This document shows positions 39,276-53,503 of a stretch of 64,000 nucleotides of DNA, piece after piece. Source of the stretch: Eledone cirrhosa (Eukaryota). A program made the translations under genes and the position numbers. The stretch covers positions 148,366,001 through 148,430,000 of the forward strand of contig OZ024740.1 in NCBI GenBank assembly GCA_964016885.1, written 5' to 3'. The notes below the pieces were generated by a model. It did not search any database, was not told where the DNA came from, and was given only the letters and a program-made list of their open reading frames with translations. Position 1 is the first letter of the stretch, and each line of letters starts with the position of its first letter.

Positions 39276-40570
39276 GCGCAATCTTGCACAATCTCGACTT
39301 GGTCTATAAGCGCCAACCTCCACCTAATGAGATAAATCATAAAGAGCGTAAAGAGTAAACCTGTCACCGGTGGCTTCCTGACCTATTTGGATCAATCGAA
39401 AGCTTTCGATAAAGTCGAGCATCGCCACTTAGGAATCTGTACTTAAGGGAGCCCAGTTTCATCCCGTCATCAGAGGCTGGGTCGCTTCAATGCGCAGCGG
39501 CATCTCCTTGATTGTCAGAGAAAATGGCTACTCATTAGAACGGTTTAAGATCACGCACTTGGTCCATGAAGGATGTTCTATCTCCCCCGTTCTGTATTTT
39601 CTATTTCTCAAACCACTATTGCGGAAGCGGGAGCAGTTGAAGGGCATCCCGCTTGAATATGAACGTTGAAGGGCTGCGTCAGCATATGCAAATGACATCA
39701 AGATGATTGTTTTGAAAACTTCGGAAATCGAGGTGGTTGACAGATGGTTAGAGAAGAACGAAATATTGACAGGAACAAACCATAGCCCAGATAAATCGGT
39801 GGATTTGAAGTTTCGTTCTTGAAGAAGCAGATCCATGCTGTCCAACAACATCTTGTGACATTGCCCAGGATTTGGTTTAGTTCGAATCTACAGGTGGATA
39901 GGAAATAGGACGAGGTAACGCACAGGGTGGTCATTTTCACTCAGAAATGGGCCGAGAATTAACAATCCTTGAACGGTCGGGAAAAAGTGGCGTACGCGTA
40001 CACTGCGTCCGTTATCTGTTACCATCTCACTGTCGTGCCTAGCCACAGTTCACGACACACCAGATTGGAGCGTCTGCCCTTCATCTCTTGTGTCAGGAAC
40101 AAGTTCCGCATTTCAGCTGGTCCATCTGTTGCTAACATCCCTTGCGTGTAGGGCTCGGAATTCAGTACCTGAAAACGCGGAATTATGCGCTGAAGCTACA
40201 TTTTTGACTGCTCCTATACCGTGAACAAGTGTGTGTCGCCTTTTGTCAGGTGCGTCTTTCCGTAGCTAGTCTCTTTGACTGAACTGAAGGTTTGGATCAA
40301 GTGAAGCCCAGGACTTGGCGCCTGGCATCAAGAATGTTGTCACGCGACCACAACCCTCTACCCGATGAGCAATGCAGTCACTGAACATTCTATGTTATCG
40401 TTCAATAGAGAATTAGTGGTGGAGTCTCTTGACGTTGATCAGAATGAATTAAACAGTCTATTCCGGTAAACTTTCAGCGAGGGGACTATGGATAATTTCC
40501 AGAAATACCTGGCCTGGGAGTGCTACCGAGGAGGCACTGCCGATTCGAAACAAATTCTACAGGCTCGGAA
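39276..40570 (+). pseudogene. Decayed L1/Tx1 ORF2 (RT region)
   Basis: DQSKAFDKVEH, GCSISP, SAYAND, YHLTVVP and MDNFQKYLAWECYR are collinear with 10500-11830, with many stops and frameshifts. Confidence 0.85.
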
Positions 40571-41769
40571 GTGCAGTCAGACACGGAAGTGTTGTCAGGC
40601 ATGGAAGTGCTGAAATGCTCGTATAACTACCAGTGTCCCCACATTAACAAAAAAAAATCATGGTAATAACTACCAACATTCCTGCCTTAATCAAGCAAAA
40701 TCAATCAAAACAGTTACAACCATTACGACATTCAAGTTACCGTAAAAACATGGAACTAAGAAAATGTACACTGTCGGTTACAGTAGTAGCAGCAGCAACA
40801 ACAACAAAAAAACAAAACAAAAAACAACGCAGTATGTTTATAGACGTCTCATTCACATGATGGCAAAGTAGAAACTATTGAAAGATAAAAAGGTGACACA
40901 ATACACATAGGGATGTTGAAAATTCCAGCCGAGGTAATGAGCAGTGCCCCAAGAAGTACTATTTTCATGGGGTACATCAATTATACACAATTATATACAC
41001 ACTTCAAAGCAAATGATAAAAGAATTGTCTGGAAGAAGTATGATCTGCAGTGGGGTATATAACGAGCAGAAAACAGCATAGAACATGAGTGGTGAGATAA
41101 GACAGCGATCAGGAAGATCGAAAAGGGGCTACAAGTACAGCCACAGCCCGGTAACTTAGGAAGAACCTATTTTATATAAAACGACAGGTGACCGAATTAG
41201 AATGCCCTGGAAGGAAGAGAAGAGCTTTTGAGCCTCTCCCTTTACCGCTTCTCTTAATATTGTGGCTGTTACATTAGCCATAGCAGCGGCCGTCATAATG
41301 ACAGCAACAACAGCATCAACATTAACAATAACAATATCGACAATTTCATTTACAGATATACAGAACGGAACTCATGAACAATTTCTGAAACAAAACGAAA
41401 ACAAAATTAAAAAGTCTGAAATCATGGAGATATTCTGAACATATTCCGTACTCTCGGATAATCAAGGCACCAAGGACGATAATGGAGAAATCAAGAAAGC
41501 GTAAAAGGGATGTATAAGATGAAACTTGTGAATTGGTCCCAAAACTCTGAGTTTGGCAGCGCCAAGAAAATCTGAAATACCAACAGGAGGGTACAAAGCA
41601 TTTTCCTCAGCTCAACTAAAGTAGTAGATAACTACAAATCTCATCCACCCATTCTAGCTTTCATAATAAGACGCGGTATCGTAGTTGAATAATTATCTCT
41701 AGCCAACGGTGTTATTTGAACGTAGAAAGGAAAGTGTCCAAAATGATAAGTTTGATGCCTTATCTATTA

Positions 41770-41925
41770 CACCAATCCACCGGCCAGTATTGGTACTATA
41801 TTTTATCAACCACAAATGTATGAAAGGCAAAATTGATCTTGGCGGAATTTAACTCAGAAAGCAAAGATAAGCAACAAATACGACATGGGTTTCTATTCTA
41901 CGTCCTACGACTCTACCAATTTGGA
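41770..41925 (-). mobile_element. tRNA-derived SINE, diverged
   Basis: ggtactatattttatcaacc..tgaaaggcaaaattgatcttggcggaatttaactcag. Confidence 0.65.
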
Positions 41926-41949
41926 AAATATACAAACCAAACAAAGGGC

Positions 41950-43250
41950 GAAAAATGACAAGAGCAACGCACCCAAATAGCAACACTAACATGACCCACT
42001 ACAACAACAGGAGTTTCTGCAAAGAGAACAATAACAACAACATCAGCCGTGGCAGTACAACAAACAACAGCTACAACAACAGTAGCAACATGGTCAGAAA
42101 CAACAACGACAATAACAATAACAACGTACACACGGACTTCTCAACTAACTCGTTCCCAAAAGACGTAAGAGGAGTTGATGAAATTAATAAAAAGGACAGA
42201 ATACTTACGACAGGTGAGGGCTTTATTATATTTGCTGTATTAAATACAAAAAAAAAAAAAATTGAGAACAACAACCCAAGAGAAATTCTTCCTGTTGGCG
42301 TGGGAGTTTCAAAATATGTTCTGGACAAGTGAGTTTTGGGGGGTTTCTAAAGGCTCCCAACAAAAGATTATTTCAAGATCAGGTTTTCTCCGAATATACC
42401 CATTGTGAGAAAAGGGCGTATAAACGCATCTAGCATTTGGTCGGCATAGAATTAGGGAACAGTGCTGAACGATCTCAGTTCACTACATCTAGACATTTTA
42501 GCCATCAGAAAAACGAGGATTTCGTAGATCCACTCATTCGCACTCTCTCCGGACAATACGATGTTTACATCTCTTTCAGTCTTTTAGTCAGCCTGGATTT
42601 ATTGGCGTAGAAAACCAACTTTAAAAAGACAAGACCCGTGCCCAATTATTAGAAGCTGAATGCGTCTCCCCCGCAACTGAAATATTCGAGGGACCAGATT
42701 AGTGAACTACTTCAGCAGGAATCAACGAGAGCCGTCATCAACAGTAGGTGATGTTTTCACTAAATAGAAAAATCACAGCAGAATTTGGTAGCTTTAAGAA
42801 AGAAGTGGCGATAGAGAACAGGGAAGTAGAGGAGGAGCAATTCAATCGATTAAAATACTTGACTATGCACCGCACCACAAAGAACCTGATAGTGGTGAGA
42901 ATATCTGTAAACAATTTCGAAGACGTGAAACATGAAATCTGTGTCACTTGTGCTAGAAGCTATGAAGTGAAACACGAAGGTTAAAACGCCGCTTGGTACA
43001 CCCTAGTGGTAGAAGCGCATGTAGCAACACAGCTGCATTTCTATATCTGATGGAACACAGAAAGCGCATGTTATTCTTCCAAGTGAATATGTACGTCTTA
43101 CCAGCAGCAGTTTACCTAACTGCTCAGAAAGGGGTGACGAACTAGAGACGGTGGACCTCGATGTCTATATCGATGGTCTCTTACAACTCTCAACTACATT
43201 TGAAAATTGCTGCGAATATTTGATTTCAGACGTGCTGAGCCTCTTCACGA
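41950..43250 (+). mobile_element. Highly decayed L1/Tx1 ORF1 / ORF2-endonuclease region
   Basis: An Asn-rich AAC tract like the ORF1 N-terminus. 42400-42530 (VLNDLSSLHLDILAI) resembles the ORF2 start LLNDLRSHSLDVVAI, and 42750-43020 resembles the ORF2 linker. Confidence 0.55.
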
Positions 43251-45215
43251 GAAACATATTTATCTTAACTGCGATGATTTGTTGTTTGCTTATACACACG
43301 CGCTGATAACATTGTTGATACACATTTCGCTATTAAAATGTCTAGCTCATCTAGTATGAACAAAGGAGAACACCAAACAGTTAATCAGTTAACATTAACG
43401 AATCCATGAACATAGGTGGAGATGATCTACATATAGTGCTGCTTTATAATGTCTAAGCTGAGCTATGCTTTTACAGTAAATTTCGTTATACTGTTTCATT
43501 TAAACAGGCTTTAAACAGTATAATTCCTTCAGCTTTATTGTTTTTGTCATAATTAGCTCCAATCTTATTGATGACTTGGGGTATTATTTCTTGGTAATAA
43601 AAGCAAATATTATTTCGAAGCGTCTATGTATGTAATAGCCTCAATTACGAGCGGGAGGTAGAGAAATAAAGTAAATCCTTACATACGTATGGTGAATCGT
43701 CCAAGAAAAAAGAGTTTCATATAAACTTTGAGAAATAAAAAATAAAAAATAAAAAAAAGCTGGAGTCAGCAGAGAAATAAGAATGATGACAACTTCCGGC
43801 ATATGGTGAGTGAGTAAAACCACGAGGACTATAAATTAGAATGATGTTCGGACACACACGGAGTAACATGCACACATGTAATGAACTAATTGATTAAGTA
43901 TATAAACACTCTGCTCTGACCCAGTCGGTGACATGAGTACAGAAATAAATAAATATTTTTTCCTTTCTTGAACGTCATGTCAGTTGAATAAGCCACGAAT
44001 AATGTTATCATCTATTCGCCGGATGGGATCATTCTTTCTAAAGTTATATATGTCTTTCTATGACTGATTAAATTTGATGTTAGTGTGATTTACCAGTGAT
44101 GTTGTTGAAAAAGCTTTATTCTATAAACATACTTATTTATTTCTCCCTTTATTCCTTCCTGTAGAGAGTTTAATGTAGACATTTTTTTAAAGGTGTTTGT
44201 TTATATAGAAGAAACTGCGTTTCATGCGTGTACATTGTGGGTTGAAACGCTAAACGTAAAATTTCCGTTAAAAAATTTGCATTTGTTTTTGGCAGTAATT
44301 TGAAGCAAATTAACTTTTGCAGACTGTTTGCACTGTGATGTTGATTTATCCATCTATTTAATTGAAGAAGTTACATGTTAAAGTAATTTTTAATACTATT
44401 CATTTATTATATCTATCGTTTTCGTTTTCAACCAATTTATTTGGGTTAGGAGATTGTGTCAGTACTTAGATAATTACTTTAGTTCTTCTGTCAGCACATT
44501 TTCTACACCTATCAGATCTGCTACTCATTAAACCTTTCACAAAATATACAAAATTGCGTTAGTATTTGGTTGTAACACTGTTGATAACTTAGATTTAAAA
44601 CCATGTCATAAATATCTATAAAATGGTTAAACGTAGTACCATATAAATATGAAAGTTCAGTCAATATTTTCAGTAAGTAATATGCTATGCAATATTAATA
44701 ACTATATTGTTACATGCAACAACTGTCTAAAAACTGTTAGAATACTTATTGAATGTCTTGAAAGTTTTATCCGCGAAGGGAAAAAATATATTTAAACTGG
44801 GTTGACTAGGTATAATGAAATAGGAGATTGACAGGGTTTAAGAAAGAAATTAATCTCTGCTCAAGTTCAACGTTTTGGTCTTCTCATAATGTTATTGCTT
44901 AGGGCAAGCAGTAAGTCACAGCTTTAAATGAGAGTATCATCACAAATTTTTTGTAAAAAAAATTATTGCAATATTCCAATGATTTGCTTCTAGATGATGG
45001 ACGAGATGATAGACAAGAGCAGGAAATTGCAGAGGATTAGAGATCTAAATTATTTATGATGTGTTAAAATAATTTCTTATTGTGCAATAAAATATTGTAA
45101 GTTTAGAAATATTCCTCTGTTTGTATGGCATTTCTAGCAGAATACAAGAATTGCATAAATTGTAAACAAAAACAAGTCATATCGCATTTACACATATTAT
45201 ATGTATGTATGTATG

Positions 45216-46751
45216 TTTTCTCTTTCTCTTAATTTCGAGTATATTTTTTTGACCGGCCACCTTCCTGGTGGCAAGGTTGTAAAAGAAAAGAAATTGTCAT
45301 CCCTTGAATCGCAAGAATGTTTTGCAAATTTTGAAGGTGCCAGCTATCGCAGCCATTTGCAGACTATGAATTAGGGAGCTGCGCTTTTTGTCCGCAAATC
45401 CAAGTTCAGTCATACTTTGGTCCAAGCGGGTTGGTATATAACCCGTAGCACCAATAATGATGGGTATGAAGCTAAAGGTGTATCTTGGATACTGGATTTG
45501 TAAACTCCTCATCAATGGTCCGTAGATGTCCTCCTTCTCCTGTATTATTCTGACAACGTTTACATCAAGTGGGCAGCTGATCTCCACAACAGAACACGCT
45601 TTCAATGTGTGGTCCCAAACTACAATATCAGGCCGGTTGTGCTTTAATTTGGTGGCAGTTTTTATTTTCAGGTTCCACCACTATTCCTTAGTGCCATCTG
45701 TCTCAATATATTCTTCCTCGTTTGTTGTTAATTTTGTTTTCCGAAGTGCGTTCCAGATGGTTCTAGCTATCCCATCGTGTCTCATGGGGAGGTAGTAGCG
45801 AGATGACATTCTTTCGCAGCTGGCAACAATGTGGCTTACATCCTCGATCTTTGTTTTACATAGCCTACATTTATTGCCAGCTGCTGGCCCTCCTCTTTTG
45901 TGCAGCAGATATTTGGTAGGGAGTTCTTGTTCCTGTATTGCATAGAGATATCCCTCAAGGTGTGATGTCATAAACCTGTCGGAACTCCATGCCAGGCTTT
46001 TTGAGTGGTTTATCCTCTCTATGGTCTGTGTTTTACGCCTCAAGTATCCATGCACAACTTTTTCTGTAAATTGGTCAATTTTCTTATCTTATTTGAACAT
46101 TGAATAGGATCTTCCGATTTCTCTGGGTGAGAGATTTATATGAGGCTTTATTCCATATCTCTCCTCCAGATCAGTGGCTATCCTAATGATATTTCTTTTT
46201 TCATGCTCATAAACCTGGGCAAGATGGTTGCCAACCTTTTTCCTCTGTTGAAGGTGTTGCTTCAGTGTTACTATCCGGGTCTCATATGTTGTTAATATTG
46301 ATTTTAGACCCCGGCCACCTTCCTTGCGTGAGAAGTATAGCCTATTCACATCACCATTGATGTTAAAGTTGCCAGTAACACAGAAGTTTTCGAGTTCTAA
46401 CATCCATATCACTTAGTTCTTGCAATGACCAGTTCAGTAGGCCAAATGTTGGCGTTAGAATTGGCACAGCATAAGTATTGTGGGCAATGTATTTGTTGTA
46501 TGCTGACAGTTCTGATGACCATATTTTCTTTACTCTTCTGAGGTATTCAGTTCTGGTTCTCTCCTTATTTATGGGTCCATCATATCTGACATTCTCATCC
46601 TGTCCAAGATATCTGTAGTTGTCACCTGACTGCAGAGGTTGTATTGTCAGGCCGTTCATCTCTAGATTTCTAGAGGAGGGCACAGCTCTTCCACGTTTTA
46701 CTGCCAAATATGCACACTTGGACTCACCAAATTTCATTTTGATGTCGGTTG

Positions 46752-46752
<1 letters not shown>
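45216..46752 (-). mobile_element. R4/Dong-clade non-LTR retrotransposon (RT thumb, CCHC, RLE), 5'-truncated and frameshifted
   Basis: YRYLG, RLYFSRKEGGRGL, AIQEQ, CRLC..EDVSHIVASC..RHD, RPDIVVWD..VEISCP..EK..Y. Flanked on both sides by (TATG)n. Confidence 0.85.
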
Positions 46753-46782
<30 letters not shown>

Positions 46783-46847
46783 TGTATGTATGTATGTATG
46801 TATGTATGTATGTATGTATGTATGTATGTATGTATGTATGTATGTAG

Positions 46848-47070
46848 GCATTGCTTTATATCTGGAGATCTCTCTGCACTTGTCGTCACATGGTACCATG
46901 GACCCAGCACTATGTGTCAATAATTGTCACAAGTGTAGTGTTTGTACCAGAGTTTTCAAGTCGCTGACTGGACTAAAAAGTCACACTTGTTCAGCGCATC
47001 GGTAGGAGTTCTCCTACATGGATATAAAGTAGTGGTCGTACTCGAAAACGAGTTGGCAGCCACCATGTAT
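46848..47070 (+). mobile_element. RTE-clade 3' end fragment
   Basis: Near-identical to 62142-62360. Encodes the C2H2-like CSVCTRVFKSLTGLKSH typical of RTE C-termini and has a short tatg tail. Confidence 0.75.
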
Positions 47071-48089
47071 GCATGTATGCATGAATGTTTTAATGTATTT
47101 CATATAATACTTCACCTTTCTATAACAATTAACACTGTTGCAACTATCACCATAAATTAAAATGCCTAAGTATGGGAATTTTATCAGATCGGGGAATATT
47201 TCCGTAAAGTCTCCTTTGTTTTCTCGAGATAAGTTTTAGTCGTTGCTGTTTCTGTCATTGCTTTTATAATTTTGGCTGTTCAACTCAGCCATTCCGTTTA
47301 ACAGACGCAACATTTTTGTGCGCCATCTAAATTTTCCAGAAAATTGATGGGCAGGTTTGAAAAGGAAATACATATTCACCCCATAAGTGCTTCAGCTAGA
47401 GCTAAACAACCCAGTTCACTGAGATACTGACTCATTTAACTTCACAACAATAACAAAATTTCAAATAGAACAAACTTATAAGAGCGATGTAAACCACATC
47501 TTGAAAGATTGAACAACAAAGAGAAGAAGAAGAAGAAGAAGAAGAAGAAGAACAACAACAACAACAATAACCCTACAACAACAACAATTATAAACCTTTT
47601 TGACATTAATTATCTGAATATAACTAATACAAAACATAGCATCAGTGCCGTAAAAGAGAATCTGGTGAGAGACACATTTTCTTTGTAGCAGTTATAATAA
47701 ACCCTAGCAGTGCAAAAACTAACATTTTCGATAATGGGTGTATATAATTCGAAGACGCCACTTGTAGCAATAAAGTGATACTATATATGAAGAACACGCC
47801 CGATGAACAAATTAGACTCAGTTATAAAAAAAAAACGTCACAAAAAAAAGAACATTTAATGTGGTGTGTGGAAGATGGATAGGAAGAAGAGACGCATTAG
47901 CTGCGGACCCAACTTCTACATGAGTAAAAGAGAGAGGAGGGATGACAGTGTGGGAAAGATTGAGAGGGACAGAGAGTGGAAGGAGAATGAAAACCAAAGA
48001 GAAGGTAATTGTCTGAGTGAAAGAGGGAACACAGAATAATAGAGAAAGAGTGAAAGTGATAACATTGGTGTATACACACACACACACAC

Positions 48090-48165
<76 letters not shown>

Positions 48166-48889
48166 TAGCGAGAATCGTATTTCAGCTCAGGAATTAACGA
48201 AAATCAACGTCCGATATGTGTGGCAAGCGCTCGATGATTCATGTGAATCAAAGCTACAACATACGTTAAGGGCCAAACACACTGAGATGATGGTTAAACA
48301 TATCATCCGCACAGCCAAAACAAACGACCAAGTAATTCGGGTCAAACAATAAAAATATATGTGTTGATACTTTCCCGGACCCTGGACTGATGGTAAAATC
48401 CAGTATTGGTTTCTGCGACTCCAAAATCAGGTACTGTCCGCCTACATAAAGAATGTTGGGCTTCTGGTAAGATGATTGAACAAATATATATACATAATAT
48501 AGAAGAGGTGTTTGTTGGTTATTTCATTCGCACTTCACACAACAACGAAAGCTGACAATCGAGAAGTAATTAGAGCAATAGATTAAGGGTATTCCCAGGA
48601 AGGTTGATTGATACTAATCTTATAAATTCAAAGAAGAAGAAAAACATCTCGGGTATGCTGATCAAACTGACTGCTATTTCTAGCAGGTTGGGAATCAACC
48701 ATAAATTATTCTCTCTGAGTATTCCATGTCAGCGATGCTCATGTTTCGCGGCCAGCATCTCCGATTCGAACGGTGGTTTACAGACACACATACATTTATA
48801 TATAATTATCTATATCTATATATAATTATCTATATTTGTATCAATAAATTATTACCTGTATCTATATCTATATATAATATAATAGATTG

Positions 48890-49210
48890 GAACTTCCATC
48901 ATCCTTTTGAGAAAACTTGACCAGTCACGTCTATGCAATGGCACACACATTACAGTCAGGTGGATGGTGAACCATCTCCTAGAGATCACTATTCTTGGAG
49001 GCAATCACCAAGATTCCTCTAAGCTCTTCCTCTACTGAGCTGCCGTTCAAATTTTCAAGACTTCAGTTCCTTGTTAGAACCAGTTTTGCTGTGACCATAA
49101 ATAAAGTACAGGGTCGGTGTTTCAAAGTTGTCGGATTGAATATATGAGAATCTGTTTTTACACATATGTAGGTTGTTCACGTGTGGGATCACCTAGAATT
49201 CTTCACACTA
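48890..49210 (+). pseudogene. Helitron Pif1-like helicase C-terminal remnant
   Basis: Frameshifted motifs IILLR, RLCNGT, ELPFKFSRLQF, SFAVTINKVQG..KVVG and YVGCSRVGS. Confidence 0.75.
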
Positions 49211-49265
49211 TGCACGAACAGTAAAAGATTTTTTAACCGTTTGCTTGTTTGTTTGTTTGTTTTTG

Positions 49266-49346
<81 letters not shown>

Positions 49347-49540
49347 ATGGTCTTACCTCATACTGTAAACAGGACTACACATCCAGTTCAGTCATTTATT
49401 TTCATTTCTACCTGTCTTGTCTTATCACCTGTTTACTCGGGCGAAGCTTAGAACGCCAGCACCTCCCCCCCCCCCCATATATATATATATGTATACATAT
49501 TTTATTTGTGTATATATATTATACACACGCACTCATTTAT

Positions 49541-49591
<51 letters not shown>

Positions 49592-49676
49592 CGAAGGAAA
49601 TGTGGTAAGGAACAGAATTTAGTCCAGAATTAGCCGTCGAAACGGCTTGAGCTCAGCTGTCGGGGTCTTACTGGTT

Positions 49677-49713
<37 letters not shown>

Positions 49714-49748
49714 TACATATATACATACGTACATATATACATACGTAC

Positions 49749-49801
<53 letters not shown>

Positions 49802-50083
49802 AGAGAGAGAGGGGGGAGAGACAGAGAGATGGTTGTATATGTGAATATATATGCATATGTGTGTATGTATACAAAACCATATAGTTGTAGCAAGTTTAGT
49901 TCAGATATACAATGTTGGGTGGCTGGGTCAATGCAAATGCAAACATACAATAACATATATATTCATATTCATTCATACACACACATACATTTATACATGC
50001 GCACGGTCATACATACTTATAACACACACACACACATACACACATACATACATATATATATATATATATAAATATATATGAAT

Positions 50084-50376
50084 ATGTGGTTAGGATATGC
50101 GGCTCACAATCGTAAGTTCGTGAGTTTGATTCCTGGCGGCACGTCGTGTACTTGAGCAAGATACTTTATTTACACCAGTCCACTCAGCTGGAAAAATTGA
50201 GTTGTGTCTGTAATTCGAAGGATGAGCCTTGTCACATCATGTGTCACGCTGAATCTCCCTGAGAACTACGATATGTGCCTATAGAATGCTCAGCCACTTG
50301 CACATTAATTTCATGAGCAGGCTGTTCCGTTGATCAGAACTGGAACACTCGTCGTCGTAACTGGCGGAGTGCCTTC
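50084..50376 (+). mobile_element. tRNA-derived SINE (second family)
   Basis: B-box-like gagtttgattcc and cttgagcaagatacttta. The 3' part tgctcagccactt..caggctgttccgttgatc also occurs at 22397-22490. Confidence 0.75.
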
Positions 50377-50386
50377 CATAAATAAA

Positions 50387-50437
<51 letters not shown>

Positions 50438-50441
<4 letters not shown>

Positions 50442-50685
50442 GACTTACGATCATAATGCCGTGGGTTCGATTCTTGGGTTGTGTGTTGTGTTCTTGAGCA
50501 AAACACTTCATTTCACGCTGCTCCAGTATACTCAGCTAAAAATGAATACCAGCAATAGCTGGCGGTTTAACCTTGCGATGGAATGGCGTCCTGTCCAGGG
50601 GGGAGTCTTGTACTCTCAGTCGCTTCACGCCATGAAACCGGGATAAGCACCGGCCAAATGAGCCTTCTGGCTTAAGACAGACTTT

Positions 50686-50692
<7 letters not shown>
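50438..50692 (+). mobile_element. tRNA-derived SINE (third family)
   Basis: gggttcgattc B-box, cttgagcaaaacactt, and core gcgatggaatggcgtcctgtccagggg..gtcgcttcacgcc..gaaaccgggataagc. Confidence 0.8.
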
Positions 50693-50779
<87 letters not shown>

Positions 50780-50819
50780 AGCACCGGCCAAATGAGCCTT
50801 CTGGCTTAAGACAGACTTT

Positions 50820-50878
<59 letters not shown>

Positions 50879-50975
50879 TGAAATTTCCGTTGGAAACAGA
50901 AAAGGTCATAGAAGTGAAGAGTGCTCTATGTAAGTATCAGAGCAAAATTTAATGTATAAAAATCAATACAATATC

Positions 50976-51053
50976 ATTACCTCATTACCAGAGGTTTCCC
51001 GAATGAGGCGAATACGAAAGAAACGTCTTCATTCGTTCGTCAGACGAGGCAAT
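50976..51053 (-). ncRNA. Type-I hammerhead ribozyme motif, complete
   Basis: attgcctcgt-CTGACGA-acgaatga..tcattcgg-GAAA-cc-tct-gg-TA-atgaggtaat, with a 10-bp stem I and a GUA cleavage triplet. Confidence 0.9.
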
Positions 51054-51799
51054 ATGGGTAAATACTTAGAAAAACTCATCAAGAAAATCAAAAAAAGATA
51101 TAGACAAATGAATTAGAAATTGAAATATATAAAAATCTATCAAGAAATATAGTTAGGTGTGTGTATATGTATGTATATACGCTCACAGATGTGCATATAT
51201 GTGTATGCACATATGTATACGTATAGTGAAAAAGTGTGTGTAAATCTAAAATTTAGGGCAAATGTATCTGTATGTCTGTAATCTACAGACAGAATAGTTA
51301 CATCATAAGTATATGAATATGAAGGCGCGCGCATAAACACACCTACATACACGTACAACTAGATGCGGAAGTAAAAGAGGTAAGGGAGTGTAATAATTAA
51401 AGGAAAGTATCAATCTCGATATATTTATAAAAATGTAACAATAAATTAGAAAGAAAAAATTTTAGAAAGAAAAAATTAAAGAAAAGAAGACAAAAAAAGG
51501 GTACATATATACACAGACACGCATGTCTCACAAAAGAAACGCAAAAATATACATGCTTATATATACACGCGCACTTACACATCCATACGTTCGATACGTA
51601 CATACACACACACGCACACACATACTTACACTCACGCATATTGACCTGTTTGCATGCACACGCATAAAAATGAGTAAGTAAAAAAAGGGGGGGGGGAAGA
51701 AAAGAGGAACAAAAACATAAAACCGAGATGTCAAAAACACGGATATAAAGACACATACACATACGCATAAAATATACATACACACACACACATACATAT

Positions 51800-51858
<59 letters not shown>

Positions 51859-52253
51859 CACGCACGCGCGCGCACATACGTAGTCACTCATGTACATATA
51901 TAAAAGTATACACACATTAAGGCGTTCAGCCATATTGATACAGGGTGTAAAAAACTTGTGGATAAGTAAGTACAAATATAAAATTGTAAGATTGGCTGCA
52001 CAAAAATAAAAAAATAAAAATAAAAATGAAAAATATATCTGGATTGAAAAACACAAAAGACATGTGTAATCAGTTAGTGGAGGAAAAATGGAAATTAAAA
52101 AAAGGGGAAGTAAAAAATGGAAAGTGAATCGGAGAATAAAGTGGATATGAAGTAAAAAAAAAAAAAAATAAGAATAAAAATAAATAAAATTATTGACAAG
52201 GATAAAAATGAAAGTAAGTCAGAAAGGGTAATTAAAAAGAGAATAATAAGAGT

Positions 52254-52929
52254 TTATGGAAGATAAGTATCTGAAAGTGTGTTAAGTTTATATGAGCTGG
52301 AAAGCAGGTGTGATTTCATGTGTGGGCAACTGGTGAAAATTTCCGTCTTTGTGTTCAGGCAGGTCTTTGGTGATTTTAGATTTTGCAATATCCAATATTT
52401 TTCATTTATGCAGAGCGTGCATTTTCTTGTTCCTCTAGCATATTCTTTAAATTGGTTCAAAATTGACCAATCTAATTTATATTGGATGCCTTGGTCTTTC
52501 AAATCCCAAATTCTGCTAGCCAGAGCTGTTGTAAATCTTTTTTCTGGATGTCGAAAGGATGCGACATGTGAGTAATAACGCGTTTTGAATTTGTCTTGCG
52601 TCATACCCACATATCGTTCACTGGTGGCTGGATGGTTGTTGCTGATGGTTGTCACTTTAGCCGCATATACAATGGCTTTGGTGTTGCATTTACCTTGTAA
52701 TGGGCATTCACTTTTGATTCTACAGGAGCAAGTTTGATTTTCTCTAGGTGATATTTTGTTGAGGATATAGGACTTAATAGGGGGACCGCAGGAATAGCTA
52801 ATTTTAACACAGTTTCTGTTAAAGATCTTATAGTATCTATGTGTTCTAGGGAAATGTTTATCTAGGAGCTCAAGGAATTTTTTGCCTACATTAGTTTTAA
52901 CTGCTAGACAGTAGGGGGGTGTGAACCAG
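52254..52929 (-). pseudogene. PLE RT-thumb / Cys-linker / GIY-YIG coding fragment
   Basis: AIVYAA..YVGMTQDKFKTRY..H..SFR..TALA..W..CTLCINEK..LNTKTEIF..CPH. Confidence 0.87.
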
Positions 52930-53122
52930 ATTATTTTTCTTTTCCTATTTTTATGTTTAATAGAGTTAGTATAGTTAGGTATGTATTTAATCGGTTCGCT
53001 AAAACCGCTATTTTGGAGGGCTTTATTATAGTAGGGGGATGCCTTATTAAAAATAGCTTCTGAGGAAGAGAGGGTGGACAGTCTAAAGTCTGTCTTAAGC
53101 CAGAAGGGTCATTTGGCCGGTG

Positions 53123-53164
<42 letters not shown>

Positions 53165-53202
53165 CACCGGCCAAATGACCCTTCTGGCTTAAGACAGACT
53201 TT

Positions 53203-53248
<46 letters not shown>

Positions 53249-53503
53249 AAAGTCTGTCTTAAGCCAGAAGGGTCATTAGTAAAATATATACCAACTCATC
53301 CATATCAATTAACTGCAACCTCTGTACAAAGGAGACCCTATTAATAATTAATAATTATGAAAATTTAATTGACAAAAAAAGTGAATTATTCTCAAACTGC
53401 CTTCATAGTCAGGAAAAAACAGTAAACCATCAGGCCTGATTTTTGACATCTCTTATCAACTGTTGGATATAAAAGTCGTAACGGTTTACAAAAGTTTAAT
53501 AAT

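Larger units (their letters stand above)
50876..53079 (-). mobile_element. Penelope-like element (Neptune-type), 5'-truncated
   Basis: The minus strand reads WFTPPY..VKTNVGKKFL..HFP..IFNRN.VKISYSC..CSCR..CPLQGKC into GIY-YIG. A 3' non-coding region with a hammerhead follows and ends at (TA)n. Confidence 0.88.
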
